Source: Desulfatiglandales bacterium
Lineage (GTDB): Bacteria; Desulfobacterota; DSM-4660; Desulfatiglandales; Desulfatiglandaceae
DNA length: 64,000 bases
Assembly (NCBI GenBank): GCA_963666345.1
Contig: OY762721.1
Span: 2,240,001-2,304,000 of the forward strand
Direction of reading: 5' to 3'
The position numbers and the translations under genes were made by a program. The notes below the pieces were generated by a model. The model was not told where the DNA came from, did no database searches, and saw only the letters and a list, made by a program, of their open reading frames with translations. Numbering within the stretch: the first letter of the stretch is position 1; each line of letters starts with the position of its first letter. Below, piece by piece: positions 40,546 through 49,687 of this stretch.

Positions 40546-40711
40546 TACTCTTTCCTCCTAAATGGTTTACGTTTAGTCAAATTAGTCAAAATACTCTTAA
40601 ATAAATGAAACTACTCGAATCCACCTCCTTTCACTTTTTATTGATCCGACTTAAAGACTTCTTCGAATCACAAATGCGAATACCATTGCACAATCAAAAA
40701 GTCAAGTGTTT

Positions 40712-40945
40712 TCATATCCGCCCTGCCCGGCTTATCTTGTCTCCCACGGTGGTGCCGCAGAACCTGCAGCGGTATTCATACTTATCGCCTTCAGGAAGCA
40801 CGAGAAGCAGGACTTTTGTGACAGGGACAGCGCGGCCGCAGTTCGGGCAGTAAAGCTCTGTGGCCTCAAGCTCCCTGAACTGCTCTTGCGCCTCCCGGGG
40901 ATCGTGGCGAGCGGATTGAAATGGGTTAAAAGAAAAATCGTTCAT
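40712..40945 (-). CDS. Small zinc-ribbon protein of unknown function
   Basis: LYCPNC...YRCRFCG. Confidence 0.7.
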   Translation of the reverse strand: MNDFSFNPFQSARHDPREAQEQFRELEATELYCPNCGRAVPVTKVLLLVLPEGDKYEYRCRFCGTTVGDKISRAGRI

Positions 40946-41237
40946 TGCTAAAAACCTTTTTCTTAGTCTGCCGTTTGGATTGATATTTCAGATAACTTTC
41001 TCTAAACTCTATTATAAGGTGTAGCAGTTATCATCTGGAAATCGCTCATTTCCTTATGGACGTCCTTATGATATAGGAAAAAGTTGTCTGGTTGCAAGAT
41101 TTTATGATGATAACTGACGCATGTTGTTTCTGGACTTATGGAGCTTTTTTTTGATCTAATACGATTTTGATTTTCTTAAATTTAGATCACTTTAGTCATT
41201 TTAGGCACTTTAGTTCACTCAATAAGGGGAGCTTTCC

Positions 41238-41642
41238 ATGAAAATAATGCACATTGATCATATCGGCATAGCCGTAAGATCGATTAGCGAGGCGGGCCGA
41301 TTTTACACCGATATCCTGGGTCTTGATATCGAAGAGACAGAAGAGATTCCGGAGCAGAAGGTGAGGGTCGGATTCATCCCGATCAGGGACAGCGAGGTGG
41401 AACTGCTGGAATCGACAGAGCCTGGCGGACCGGTGGCCAGATATATCGATGCGAGGGGCGAAGGGGTTCAACACATTGCCTTCAGGGTCGAGGACCTTGA
41501 CGAGGCAATAAAAGAACTCAAGGAAAAAGGGGTTCGTATGATTGATCAGGAACCGAGAAAAGGCGCCGGCGGAGCCAGAATAGCCTTTATTCATCCGAAG
41601 GAGACCCGCGGGATCCTGGTCGAACTCTGTGAAAGGGAGTAA
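41238..41642 (+). CDS. mce: Methylmalonyl-CoA epimerase
   Basis: IDHIGIAV, ELLE, GEGVQHIAF and AFIHPK...LVEL. Confidence 0.92.
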   Translation: MKIMHIDHIGIAVRSISEAGRFYTDILGLDIEETEEIPEQKVRVGFIPIRDSEVELLESTEPGGPVARYIDARGEGVQHIAFRVEDLDEAIKELKEKGVRMIDQEPRKGAGGARIAFIHPKETRGILVELCERE

Positions 41643-41676
41643 AGAGGCTCTTAACCCAAAAAAATATGTCCTGATT

Positions 41677-41892
41677 CTAAAAACGGTAGGTTATCAATCC
41701 ATGGCTGGTATCATAGGGGGAAACGCTTACCTGTACTTTATCTCCTACCATGACCTTTATTCGATTTTTCTTCATCCTGCCGGAAAGCACACCCGTTACG
41801 GTGATGTTGTTATCACACTGGATTTGCATATTGCCTCCGCCCAATACCTTGACTACCGATCCCTCTAATTGGATAAGATCTTCCCTGCTCAA
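41677..41892 (-). CDS. infA: Translation initiation factor IF-1
   Basis: SREDLI..EG.V, SGRM..NRI...GDKV and SPYD...G.ITYR. TTG start. Confidence 0.95.
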   Translation of the reverse strand: MSREDLIQLEGSVVKVLGGGNMQIQCDNNITVTGVLSGRMKKNRIKVMVGDKVQVSVSPYDTSHGLITYRF

Positions 41893-41960
41893 AACAGTCC
41901 TTTCCAGGCAACGCGCCTTTTAAAATTGATTAAATGATTTGGCTCTTCCCCAAATTAGCT

Positions 41961-42190
41961 GGAGAAGAGGATTCAAGGACCCAAGAGGTCAAGGATTCGA
42001 GGGTTTATTTGAAAATCTTGTCCTTATTTTATATTCCTTTGACCAGAGTTCCTATAACTTACTCCGGAGCTTAAGATCCTTGTACTTTTTCAGCAGTTCA
42101 CTTGAACCCTTGAAACTGGGAACCCGCTGCGAAGCTGTGGGACTGAGCGAAGCGTAAGCGGAGCAAAGAATCCCCGGCCCCTTAGCCCCT
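41961..42190. mobile_element. Cassette with inverted octamer-repeat arms around a decayed four-helix-bundle gene start, copy 2, with a 53-bp insert in one arm
   Basis: Left arm ATTCAAGG ACCCAAGA GGTCAAGG ATTCGAGG; right arm CACTTGAA CCCTTGAA. The interior minus strand reads LLKKYKDLKLRSKL*ELWSKEYKIRTRF. Confidence 0.65.
42109..42173 (+). repeat. 65-bp exact direct repeat, copy 1
   Basis: Identical to 44357-44421. Confidence 0.95.
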
Positions 42191-42490
42191 AAAAAAGATC
42201 ATGTTGCTCAGTCCTGTTTAAGACCAATCAATCGAGAGAATATGATCCGATGCTTTTTTTGCCCGCGCAAAAAAGTTGATTTTAAGTGGGTAACATACCA
42301 TTTTATTACCCAATGTCAATAAAATGAATGCAAAAAACCTGATTCGCCTTGGCTCTATCGAGCTTCACCGAGGTGAACAAAGAAAAGAAGCGGCCTTTTA
42401 TTTTGAAAAATAATGTTATAGGATCAGTTCATTATGGAACCTTGCCTTCTGGGCAAGGCAGGGGAAAACTGGTCTGCCTGGATGGATCAG

Positions 42491-42604
42491 AAGTGACTAA
42501 AGTGTCTAAAATTTAAAGTGCCTAAAATGGTGGAGTCGCTTCGCTCCGCTATCTTTAAAAACAGCAGAAATCCTTAACTTCTGGCACTATAGGCATCTTG
42601 ACAC
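42491..42604. repeat. 9-mer (AAAGTGACT-type) repeat element with inverted arms
   Basis: AAGTGACT AAAGTGTCT...AAAGTGCCT AAAATGGTGGAGTCGCTTCGCT, shared with the 47592-47715 array. Confidence 0.7.
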
Positions 42605-42676
42605 CAGGCCCTCTTTGCGGCTTTCACGGGGCTTAAGCTGAATTGAAGAAAAACCTTAATCTTTAGGACATCTGCC

Positions 42677-43279
42677 GTGTATAAGGAAGAACCTTTCATT
42701 TCAGATATATCAGGGGTCGTTTTAACGGGCGGCAAGAGCAGTCGTTACGGGACAAACAAGGCGTATGTAAAGATATCAGGCACGCCCATGATCCTTAAGG
42801 TCATCAAGGTGATGAGAGAGCTTTTCAGACATATCGTTCTTATCACAAATGACCCTGATGAATACGCATCTCTTGGTTTTGACATGTATGAAGATATTAT
42901 CAAGGGGTTAGGGCCCCTGGGCGGGATATACACCGCCCTTCTGTCGATTGAAGGAGGTGCCGGTTTTTTTACCGCCTGCGATATGCCGTTTATCAAAAAA
43001 GACCTGGTTGAATATATGCTTGAGGTGGGTTCAGGCTTTGACGCCGTGGTTCCGAGGGTTGAAGACAAGACCGAACCCCTTCATGCCATTTACACCAAGG
43101 CATGTATCCCGGCCATAAAAGAGGTAATTGATAACGGTGAGTTTCAAGTCAACAGGATTTATCCCATGATATCAGTTAGATACGTGGAAATGGAGGAGAT
43201 AGCCAGGTTTGATCCCGGCTTTAACTCCTTTTTCAACATAAACAGACCTGATGATTTAAGGAAGGTGATCGATCCATGA
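42677..43279 (+). CDS. mobA: Molybdenum cofactor guanylyltransferase
   Basis: LTGGKSSRYG.NKA, GPLGGI, ACDMPF, EPLHA.Y and FFNIN.PDD. Confidence 0.93.
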   Translation: MYKEEPFISDISGVVLTGGKSSRYGTNKAYVKISGTPMILKVIKVMRELFRHIVLITNDPDEYASLGFDMYEDIIKGLGPLGGIYTALLSIEGGAGFFTACDMPFIKKDLVEYMLEVGSGFDAVVPRVEDKTEPLHAIYTKACIPAIKEVIDNGEFQVNRIYPMISVRYVEMEEIARFDPGFNSFFNINRPDDLRKVIDP

Positions 43280-44310
43280 CTGTCTTGATAGTCTCTGTCA
43301 GTCTTGCCATAGGCATATCAGCTGCCTGTTCTCTTATTGAAGCGGTTTTATATTCAGTGCCGCTGAGGCATATTGAAACCCTCGTAAAGGATGGGAAAAG
43401 AGGCGGACGGCTTTTTAAGGCAATGCGTGGTAACGTGGAAAGGCCCATTGCCGCCATCCTTTCTCTGAATACAATAGCAAATACAGCGGGCGCCGCTGTT
43501 GCCGGCTGGGCCGCTGCCGAGGTATTCGGGAATCAGTGGCTAGGCTATTTTTCAGCTTTTTTTACGCTTTCAGTGCTTCTGTTCTCCGAAATTCTGCCAA
43601 AGACCGCCGGCGTGGTTTACGGAAGAGCCCTTGTCCCGGTTGTCGCCTACTGCCTCAAGGCACTGGTATGGCTGATGACTCCGGCCATATGGCTGAGCAG
43701 CATGTTAACCAGGGTTATTTCAAGAGGCCGAAAAGAGGAGGCCATTACAAATGAAGAGATAAGAATAATGGCACAGCTCAGCATGAGGGCGGGGGGCATA
43801 ACCATTCATCAGGAGCAGGCCATCGAAAATGTCCTCACTCTTCAAAACAAGGCCGTAAAGGATGTCATGACTCCCAGAACGGTAATTTTTTCTCTTAACG
43901 AGGATATGACCCTGGAAGAGGCAAACCGGGCCTCTGCCAAGTGGGAACACAGCAGGTTCCCGGTTTACAGCAAAGACAGGGAAGACATAGTGGGAATTGT
44001 ATTGACAAAAGAGTTTTTTATTTCCCTTTCGCAGGGAAAGGGGGATATGAGATTGAGCCAACTTATGCGTCCCGTGCACTTCGTGGTTGAAACCGCGGGT
44101 CTTCCAGGGGTGCTGATGGAATTTCTTGAATCAAGGCAGCATCTCTTTGTCGTGCTTGATGAGTACGGGGGACTTTCAGGCCTTGTGTCGCTTGAAGACA
44201 TACTGGAGGAAATCCTGGGCAGAGAGATAATCGATGAATCCGATCAGGTAATCGACAAAAGGGCCCTGGCGCGTCAACGAAGGACGCGCCCGCTGTTTTC
44301 AGGAAAATAA
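43276..44310 (+). CDS. CNNM (DUF21)/CBS-pair membrane protein, CorB/TlyC-like
   Basis: CSLIEAVL, ILSLNTIANT, FSEILPK, DVMTPR, HSRFPV and DEYGG..G.V.LEDILEE. Confidence 0.9.
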   Translation: MTVLIVSVSLAIGISAACSLIEAVLYSVPLRHIETLVKDGKRGGRLFKAMRGNVERPIAAILSLNTIANTAGAAVAGWAAAEVFGNQWLGYFSAFFTLSVLLFSEILPKTAGVVYGRALVPVVAYCLKALVWLMTPAIWLSSMLTRVISRGRKEEAITNEEIRIMAQLSMRAGGITIHQEQAIENVLTLQNKAVKDVMTPRTVIFSLNEDMTLEEANRASAKWEHSRFPVYSKDREDIVGIVLTKEFFISLSQGKGDMRLSQLMRPVHFVVETAGLPGVLMEFLESRQHLFVVLDEYGGLSGLVSLEDILEEILGREIIDESDQVIDKRALARQRRTRPLFSGK

Positions 44311-44356
44311 TTGTCCATAAATTATTTGGTCAATCCAGGATGTCTTTCACTTGGAT

Positions 44357-44421
44357 CTTGAAACTGGGAACCCGCTGCGAAGCTGTGGGACTGAGCGAAG
44401 CGTAAGCGGAGCAAAGAATCC
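44357..44421 (+). repeat. 65-bp exact direct repeat, copy 2, inside a lone octamer-repeat arm
   Basis: Identical to 42109-42173. Flanked by CACTTGGA and TTGGA CCCTTGAA CCCT. Confidence 0.95.
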
Positions 44422-44466
44422 TTGGACCCTTGAACCCTTTTACACAATGATGACAGGTCCTGCCGA

Positions 44467-45372
44467 GTGGAAAAAGAGGTCTTTGAAATTATAAATGAAA
44501 GGGGTCCGTTGACCGGATCTGAGCTTATTAAGGAGACCGGGCGGGACGGCATGAGCCTGTGGCGGACCTGCAGGCTTTCATCCCGGCTCCTGATAAAGAC
44601 CGTCGGGTGTGATTATCTGAGACTGGACAGAAGGGTAGACGGATTTGCCCGGTTGTCACCCTCAATTCTAAGGGGTTTTCTTACCTATTCGGTTGTCGGG
44701 ACTAAAAAGGACCCACTTCTGCTCGAGCAGAGGGCCGGGGAACTGAACGACCAGATCGAAACAATAAGCAGGTCCAAAATGGATATCTGCTACCGGTTGA
44801 TTTCCGCGATATCAGGGCAGATCGGCATCGGATCTTACTCTGATCTGCGGGCCTGTTTTTTCCTCGGGGGCGATATCGTTTATAACATGGCCCATGACGT
44901 GGAAAGGCCTGAGCGAAGTACGGGAAAAATGGTAAGGGGCTCTGATATGGATCTCGTTGTAGTCGCGGACGACCTTTTCCCGGAGGACCTGTTAAAAAGG
45001 CTTGATGATGCACTTTACCGTGAAAAATACAGGATACTTATTTCTCCATATATGAGAGAGGAACTGGATTACGTGGTAAAGAGGGTCGAAAAGGTAAGAA
45101 GGCAGGTCCTTTTCGATTCTTTCAGACATATGGTGGCCTGCAAGATACTCCAGGAGAGCAGACTTCTCAAGGGGGATGACCGGCTTTTCAGGGATATCAG
45201 GGAGCTGCTTAAAAAAAATGGTGTTTCAGACAGGCTGAAGGAGCTTGAAAAAAGGGCAAGGTCTTTTCGATCAAGGGCTGAGGAATATCTTCTCAAAGAA
45301 GGCCCGGAATGCGTCAAAGAGGACTGTCTCAATCTGTTTTATCCTTCGGAGGAATCAGAGGAATTTGAGTGA
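44467..45372 (+). CDS. Uncharacterised protein with possible wHTH and Pol-beta-type nucleotidyltransferase domains
   Basis: 301-aa ORF. N-terminal GPLTGSELIKETG; FLGG...GSDMDLVVV; REELDYVVK. Confidence 0.6.
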   Translation: MEKEVFEIINERGPLTGSELIKETGRDGMSLWRTCRLSSRLLIKTVGCDYLRLDRRVDGFARLSPSILRGFLTYSVVGTKKDPLLLEQRAGELNDQIETISRSKMDICYRLISAISGQIGIGSYSDLRACFFLGGDIVYNMAHDVERPERSTGKMVRGSDMDLVVVADDLFPEDLLKRLDDALYREKYRILISPYMREELDYVVKRVEKVRRQVLFDSFRHMVACKILQESRLLKGDDRLFRDIRELLKKNGVSDRLKELEKRARSFRSRAEEYLLKEGPECVKEDCLNLFYPSEESEEFE

Positions 45373-45431
45373 ACCGGTTCTTATTTGTCGCTGACCTCTT
45401 GGCCTTGCTCAACCTTCACCCCTGCCTATTA

Positions 45432-45623
45432 GCGCTCCGGCGCCGGCACTCTTTCTTCGGCCTTATCTATTTCTTTCGGAAAAGTGGCCGCATTCACGGG
45501 CTTTTGCGAACATTACCTAAGCTGATAGGACACCCGGGAGGAAAGCCCTGTCTGCGGCCACTGCATATGCCTGTGGTATTTTTTTGTGAGATAAGGCCTG
45601 CAAAAGAGCCCCGGCACCTGCGC
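45432..45623. repeat. ~190-nt self-complementary element, copy B (inverted relative to copy A)
   Basis: Reverse-complement match to 19082-19265. Confidence 0.85.
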
Positions 45624-45801
45624 ACGTACGTTAACATCGACTACCCTCCCCCTCGTGTACTTACAGAACCACCTGCGCCTGCGCTCGTACGTTAACATCC
45701 AGTGATATTAAAAATGGGCGTATGTATTTTTTTGAACAAAGAAAAAATTGACTCCCAAGTGTTAGTAAAACGCACCCTTGTTTATTCTCAGCCGTGAAAA
45801 G

Positions 45802-46668
45802 TCAGCCAAGTTCAATGTCCCGGTGGGTGAGTGTGACCTGAAGGCCTTTTTCTTCCAGATGGGATGAGATCTCCTGCGCGATGGTGACGGATCTGTGTTT
45901 TCCACCTGTGCAGCCGATGGCAATAGTGAGATAGGATTTACCCTCTTTTTCGTAAAGCGGGATAAGGTATTTCAAAAGCTCTGTGTAGCGAGTCAGAAAT
46001 TCCTTTGTCTGCGGCCATTTGCACACAAATTGTCTGACCCTGGCATCTTTTCCGTCGAGCGCCTTGAGCTGCGGCATGAAGTAGGGGTTCGGTATGAATC
46101 TTACATCTATCATCAGATCCGACTCGGGCGGCACACCGTACTTAAAGCCAAAGGAAAGCAGGGTTATCTTCATGCCTCCCTCTTTTTCGCAGATACCGGA
46201 CAGCCTTGAAATTTCCTCTTTTAACCGGTGAACGGAAAAATCGGACGTGTCGATTACATGGTCGGCCATGGCCTCAAGCTCTTTGAGCTGTGCCATTTCT
46301 TCCCTTATGCTTTCTCTTAGACTGCCGGCCATGGAAAGAGGATGCTGGCGCCTGGTCTGGCTGTAACGCTTGATAAGCGTTTCTTCGGAGGCCTTGAGAA
46401 ACAATATTTCCAGGTGATAGCCCTCTTGCCTGAGCCGGGTGAAAATCTCCCCATGTCTTTGGATAAATTCCTTTTCCCTCAGGTCCATTCCAAGGGCCAG
46501 TTTCTGAACTTCAGAGGCGGTTCCTGAGCGCAGCTCCAGGAATTTTGGCAGGAGCAGAACCGGCATGTTGTCGACACAGAAAAAACCTGCATCTTCAAGG
46601 GCGTCTATGGCGGAACTCTTGCCTGAGCCTGAAAACCCTGTGACAATTATAATATTTACCGCCTTCAT
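45802..46668 (-). CDS. rapZ: RNase adapter RapZ/YvcJ-family P-loop protein
   Basis: TGFSGSGKS, LEDAGFFCVDN, TRRQHPL, SFGFKYG, DVRF.PNP and GCTGGKHRSV. Confidence 0.95.
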   Translation of the reverse strand: MKAVNIIIVTGFSGSGKSSAIDALEDAGFFCVDNMPVLLLPKFLELRSGTASEVQKLALGMDLREKEFIQRHGEIFTRLRQEGYHLEILFLKASEETLIKRYSQTRRQHPLSMAGSLRESIREEMAQLKELEAMADHVIDTSDFSVHRLKEEISRLSGICEKEGGMKITLLSFGFKYGVPPESDLMIDVRFIPNPYFMPQLKALDGKDARVRQFVCKWPQTKEFLTRYTELLKYLIPLYEKEGKSYLTIAIGCTGGKHRSVTIAQEISSHLEEKGLQVTLTHRDIELG

Positions 46669-46726
46669 GAGGTATATCCTGAAAAGGAGAAGTGCACAGG
46701 CGATCAAGATGCCCCTGTCGCCCACA

Positions 46727-47584
46727 TTATGTCCTGTTTATGCTCCCTGAAACTGATGCGACCAGGCTGGTGTCCCTTATATGAACCGGAGACAGCCGGG
46801 AGTCCTTCTTTCTCAATTCGTTGAGCGCCTTTGTAACGTCCGGCCATTCACCATAATCATGCCACAGGATAACCCCGCCTTCTTTTCTCATAAGTTTCAT
46901 GGCGACTGAGGTGTCATTAACTACGTAATCATAACTGTGGGAGCCGTCTATAAACACAAGGTCGATTTTTCCATACCAGGGGGAAAAATCAAACGTTGCG
47001 GAATCGCCGTACAGTTGAGTGATCCTTTTAACGCAGGGGAGTTTGTTGTTGGGCGGGGTAAGAAACCTGTGGCCGATAGCGGAACGGGGTTTGTCAAAAT
47101 ATGGTTTGTCTTCAGGTGCCAGGTCAAAAACAGCTTTTTCATCAGAGGGGATATCCAGTGTGAACACCTCCCCTCCTGAATTAAGGGCAAGATTCAGGGT
47201 GGTCCTTCCGTCAAAGGTGCCTATTTCCATTACGCGCCGCGGCCTGAAAGTGGCGCATATTGCATTTATTATCGAAAGTTCAACAGGGCTGACGTTTCCG
47301 TCCGCGGTTTCAAGCTCGGCAAAGAGAGTGCCTGATGAACAGCATAACCTGTTCCACGGTACTTCAGGCAGTTCAAGCTCCACCCGCCTGGGTGGAAGAG
47401 GGTCCCTTAACTTAAGACAGATCCTGATTCTGCGGCTTAGGTCTCTGAGGTTATGGAAAAAGCGTCGAAGGGGAATATGAAGGCCGTACATCCATATCCT
47501 TGTCATAGACTGTTTAGGCATAATTTGGCCTTTGTCTTTGAAGGGAGTTTCTCCCATAATAGAAATCCTGGTTTTCTGAGCCAA
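46727..47584 (-). CDS. Class I SAM methyltransferase, Methyltransf_24-like
   Basis: MEIGTFDG, GDS, FIDGSHSY and WHDY. The start is uncertain and probably downstream of 47584. Confidence 0.8.
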   Translation of the reverse strand: MAQKTRISIMGETPFKDKGQIMPKQSMTRIWMYGLHIPLRRFFHNLRDLSRRIRICLKLRDPLPPRRVELELPEVPWNRLCCSSGTLFAELETADGNVSPVELSIINAICATFRPRRVMEIGTFDGRTTLNLALNSGGEVFTLDIPSDEKAVFDLAPEDKPYFDKPRSAIGHRFLTPPNNKLPCVKRITQLYGDSATFDFSPWYGKIDLVFIDGSHSYDYVVNDTSVAMKLMRKEGGVILWHDYGEWPDVTKALNELRKKDSRLSPVHIRDTSLVASVSGSINRT

Positions 47585-47591
47585 GTCGGGA

Positions 47592-47715
47592 AAAGTGACT
47601 AAAGTGACTAAAGTTGAAAATGACTAAAGTGACTAAAGTTGAAAATGACTAAAGTGACTAAAGTTGAAAATGACTAAAGTGACTAAAGTGACTAAAATGG
47701 CGGAGTCGCTTCGCT
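47592..47715. repeat. Tandem array of 25-bp units (AAAATGACT AAAGTGACT AAAGTTG) ending in AAAATGGCGGAGTCGCTTCGCT
   Basis: About 3.5 near-perfect units read directly from the sequence, with no spacers. Confidence 0.92.
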
Positions 47716-47732
47716 TCGAACCTGTACCTCTT

Positions 47733-48509
47733 TTAGGAGCCTGCCACAATGCCCGTATCCTCTTTGACAGAGCCCTCATCATCAAGAAAAACAACTCCTA
47801 TGCCCGCGCAGTTCTGATTGTAGTCTTCAACCAGTTCCATGCTTCTGTATTTTGGTTTTATTTCAGCCCAGAACCGGTCAACGCCGCATTTGTCAAGGAT
47901 ATCATGAAAGGCGATTATTCCTGGTTTTTTTACAAATTCATAATAGAGATGGAAATCGCTTTTGACCCCTTCGTAGGAGTGGTCTCCGTCAATAAACAGA
48001 AAATCTATACCCTTTCCCTCCAGCAACTCGCTTACCTTGTCCTTGCATCTTTGCGTGTGGGAATTTACAAGCAGAAAGTGAGGTTTCTGGGCCTTTGTAA
48101 AAAAAGAGCGGAAAAAACGGTTCAATGGCCTTCTGTAGGTCCGCGGAAGATCAATGCTTATCAAGGTACCTTCCGGTCTGACGGCCTTTGACCACATGTA
48201 AAGGGTCCCGCCTTTGTCCGTGCCGATTTCGCATATCGCTTCAGGCGCCCTTTCCTTGACCATCTCATAGAGCTTCATGATTTCCGTTTTCATCTGAACC
48301 GGTTTTATGCTCCGGTATAGGCCCAGGCCTTTAAATCCGTTTACCACCTCAAGGGGATGAATCCCGGTTTTTTCAAGGGCCTTCAGCCTTTTTCCGGACA
48401 GCCGGCGGAGAAGCCCCCCCAGGCAGAGGACTTCATAATATATGTCGCCCACTATTTCCTGATAGATCCTGTAGGGGCCGGGAAATTTGGTTCTGAAAAA
48501 TTTGCTCAT
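47733..48509 (-). CDS. Class I SAM methyltransferase, Methyltransf_24-like
   Basis: EIGTDKGGT, SIDLP, FIDGDHSYEGV and AFHDI. Confidence 0.85.
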   Translation of the reverse strand: MSKFFRTKFPGPYRIYQEIVGDIYYEVLCLGGLLRRLSGKRLKALEKTGIHPLEVVNGFKGLGLYRSIKPVQMKTEIMKLYEMVKERAPEAICEIGTDKGGTLYMWSKAVRPEGTLISIDLPRTYRRPLNRFFRSFFTKAQKPHFLLVNSHTQRCKDKVSELLEGKGIDFLFIDGDHSYEGVKSDFHLYYEFVKKPGIIAFHDILDKCGVDRFWAEIKPKYRSMELVEDYNQNCAGIGVVFLDDEGSVKEDTGIVAGS

Positions 48510-48597
48510 TCCGTCAATCCAGATTCATGTTTTGGGTTATTCTACGATTCAGTCGGAGAAAAGGTCCGGTGTTCTGCCTTTTGCAAGGTATTTTTTG

Positions 48598-49344
48598 TTA
48601 CTTTACCACCTTTGCCATAACCATGAGGGCGTTTCCACCCATCAGGATGTCGAAACTATTGGAGTCTCGCAGCCAGTATTTTTTGTCACCTTTCTTCCCC
48701 TTGATCATCGTGAAAAGGGCGATGGCAAGATAAAAGGGAAAAAGGATCATCTGTTTCTTTTTGGGGTTAACGGTTTCCACTTTTTCAACGCTGAATCCCG
48801 CATATTCAAGCGCCATTTTGAGCATCGGATAGAGCGGCCTGTTTACATGAGGAAGATCCCGGCTTTCAATGGAACCCTGCTCAATGTTTCCCCTGCCGCC
48901 CACCGGCTCTACTATGCCGTAAAAAAGTACCCTCAGGCGCGCCTCGATATTGGAGTAGTTGGGAAGAGAGACTATGACCCTGCCATCGGTCTTTAAAACA
49001 CGCGCAAACTCTCTGAACGCGTGGTACATGTTTTCTATATGCTCAGGTCCTTCCACGCAGAAAAGGCCTTCAAAGGAGTTGTCTTTAAAGGGAAGATCCC
49101 CTTGAAGGTCCATCTGCACTATGGGTATCTCCGGATTCTTGAAGATATGCGGTTTGATGTCTCCCGCCACCACATTATGGCCCTTTTTTGAAAGAAGCCA
49201 GGAAAGCCTTCCTGAGCCGCTCGGCAGGTCAAGCATCCTGCCGGGTTTGAGAGTTTCGATAAACTCGACCGCCTTGAAATGCTCTTCCTCGTAGGATGCT
49301 ACATCAAATTCACGTGTCTGATTGGAGGTGTTCTTTTCTTCCAT
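48598..49344 (-). CDS. Class I SAM methyltransferase, Methyltransf_11-like
   Basis: LDLPSGSG, LPFKDNSF, EHIEN and RVLK.DG. Confidence 0.85.
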   Translation of the reverse strand: MEEKNTSNQTREFDVASYEEEHFKAVEFIETLKPGRMLDLPSGSGRLSWLLSKKGHNVVAGDIKPHIFKNPEIPIVQMDLQGDLPFKDNSFEGLFCVEGPEHIENMYHAFREFARVLKTDGRVIVSLPNYSNIEARLRVLFYGIVEPVGGRGNIEQGSIESRDLPHVNRPLYPMLKMALEYAGFSVEKVETVNPKKKQMILFPFYLAIALFTMIKGKKGDKKYWLRDSNSFDILMGGNALMVMAKVVK

Positions 49345-49687
49345 ATGAGGGAATCAACCTTATTTACAGTTAAATTAAGAGGTAAAAGGGTATACGGGGA
49401 TACACAAAAGGATGTCGTTATTGAATCTTTCCGAATCTTAACTCCCTTTAATGCCAATTAGATAGGTTAATAGGGCACTTCGGTCAAGATATATTTTGCC
49501 GGGCAATAAACACTCAGGTCGCGAACGGCCGATTTGATACCTTATGATGCGGGGCCTTTTAAAGAGAACTGTTTTTTATTGACCCGGTCTTCTCAAGTCC
49601 CATATAATTCGAAACCTATTTTAAATGAAACACTTATATGTTTTTTTTATTTTAACAATTCCGGCTTAAATGAAATAGAACCGCTTT

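Noticed and set aside
35365..42190. Diversity-generating retroelement suggested by Avd-like remnants
   Set aside because: No reverse transcriptase and no TR/VR pair with adenine-specific mismatches were seen in the window.
45369..45698. ORFs 45369-45695 (+) and 45513-45698 (-)
   Set aside because: They overlie the repeated structured element, and no matching ORF is listed over copy A.
47592..47715. Possible CRISPR array
   Set aside because: The units are contiguous with no unique spacers, and no cas genes are present.
47664..48191. ORF beginning MKMTKVTKVTK
   Set aside because: It starts inside the tandem repeat and runs antisense to a methyltransferase gene.
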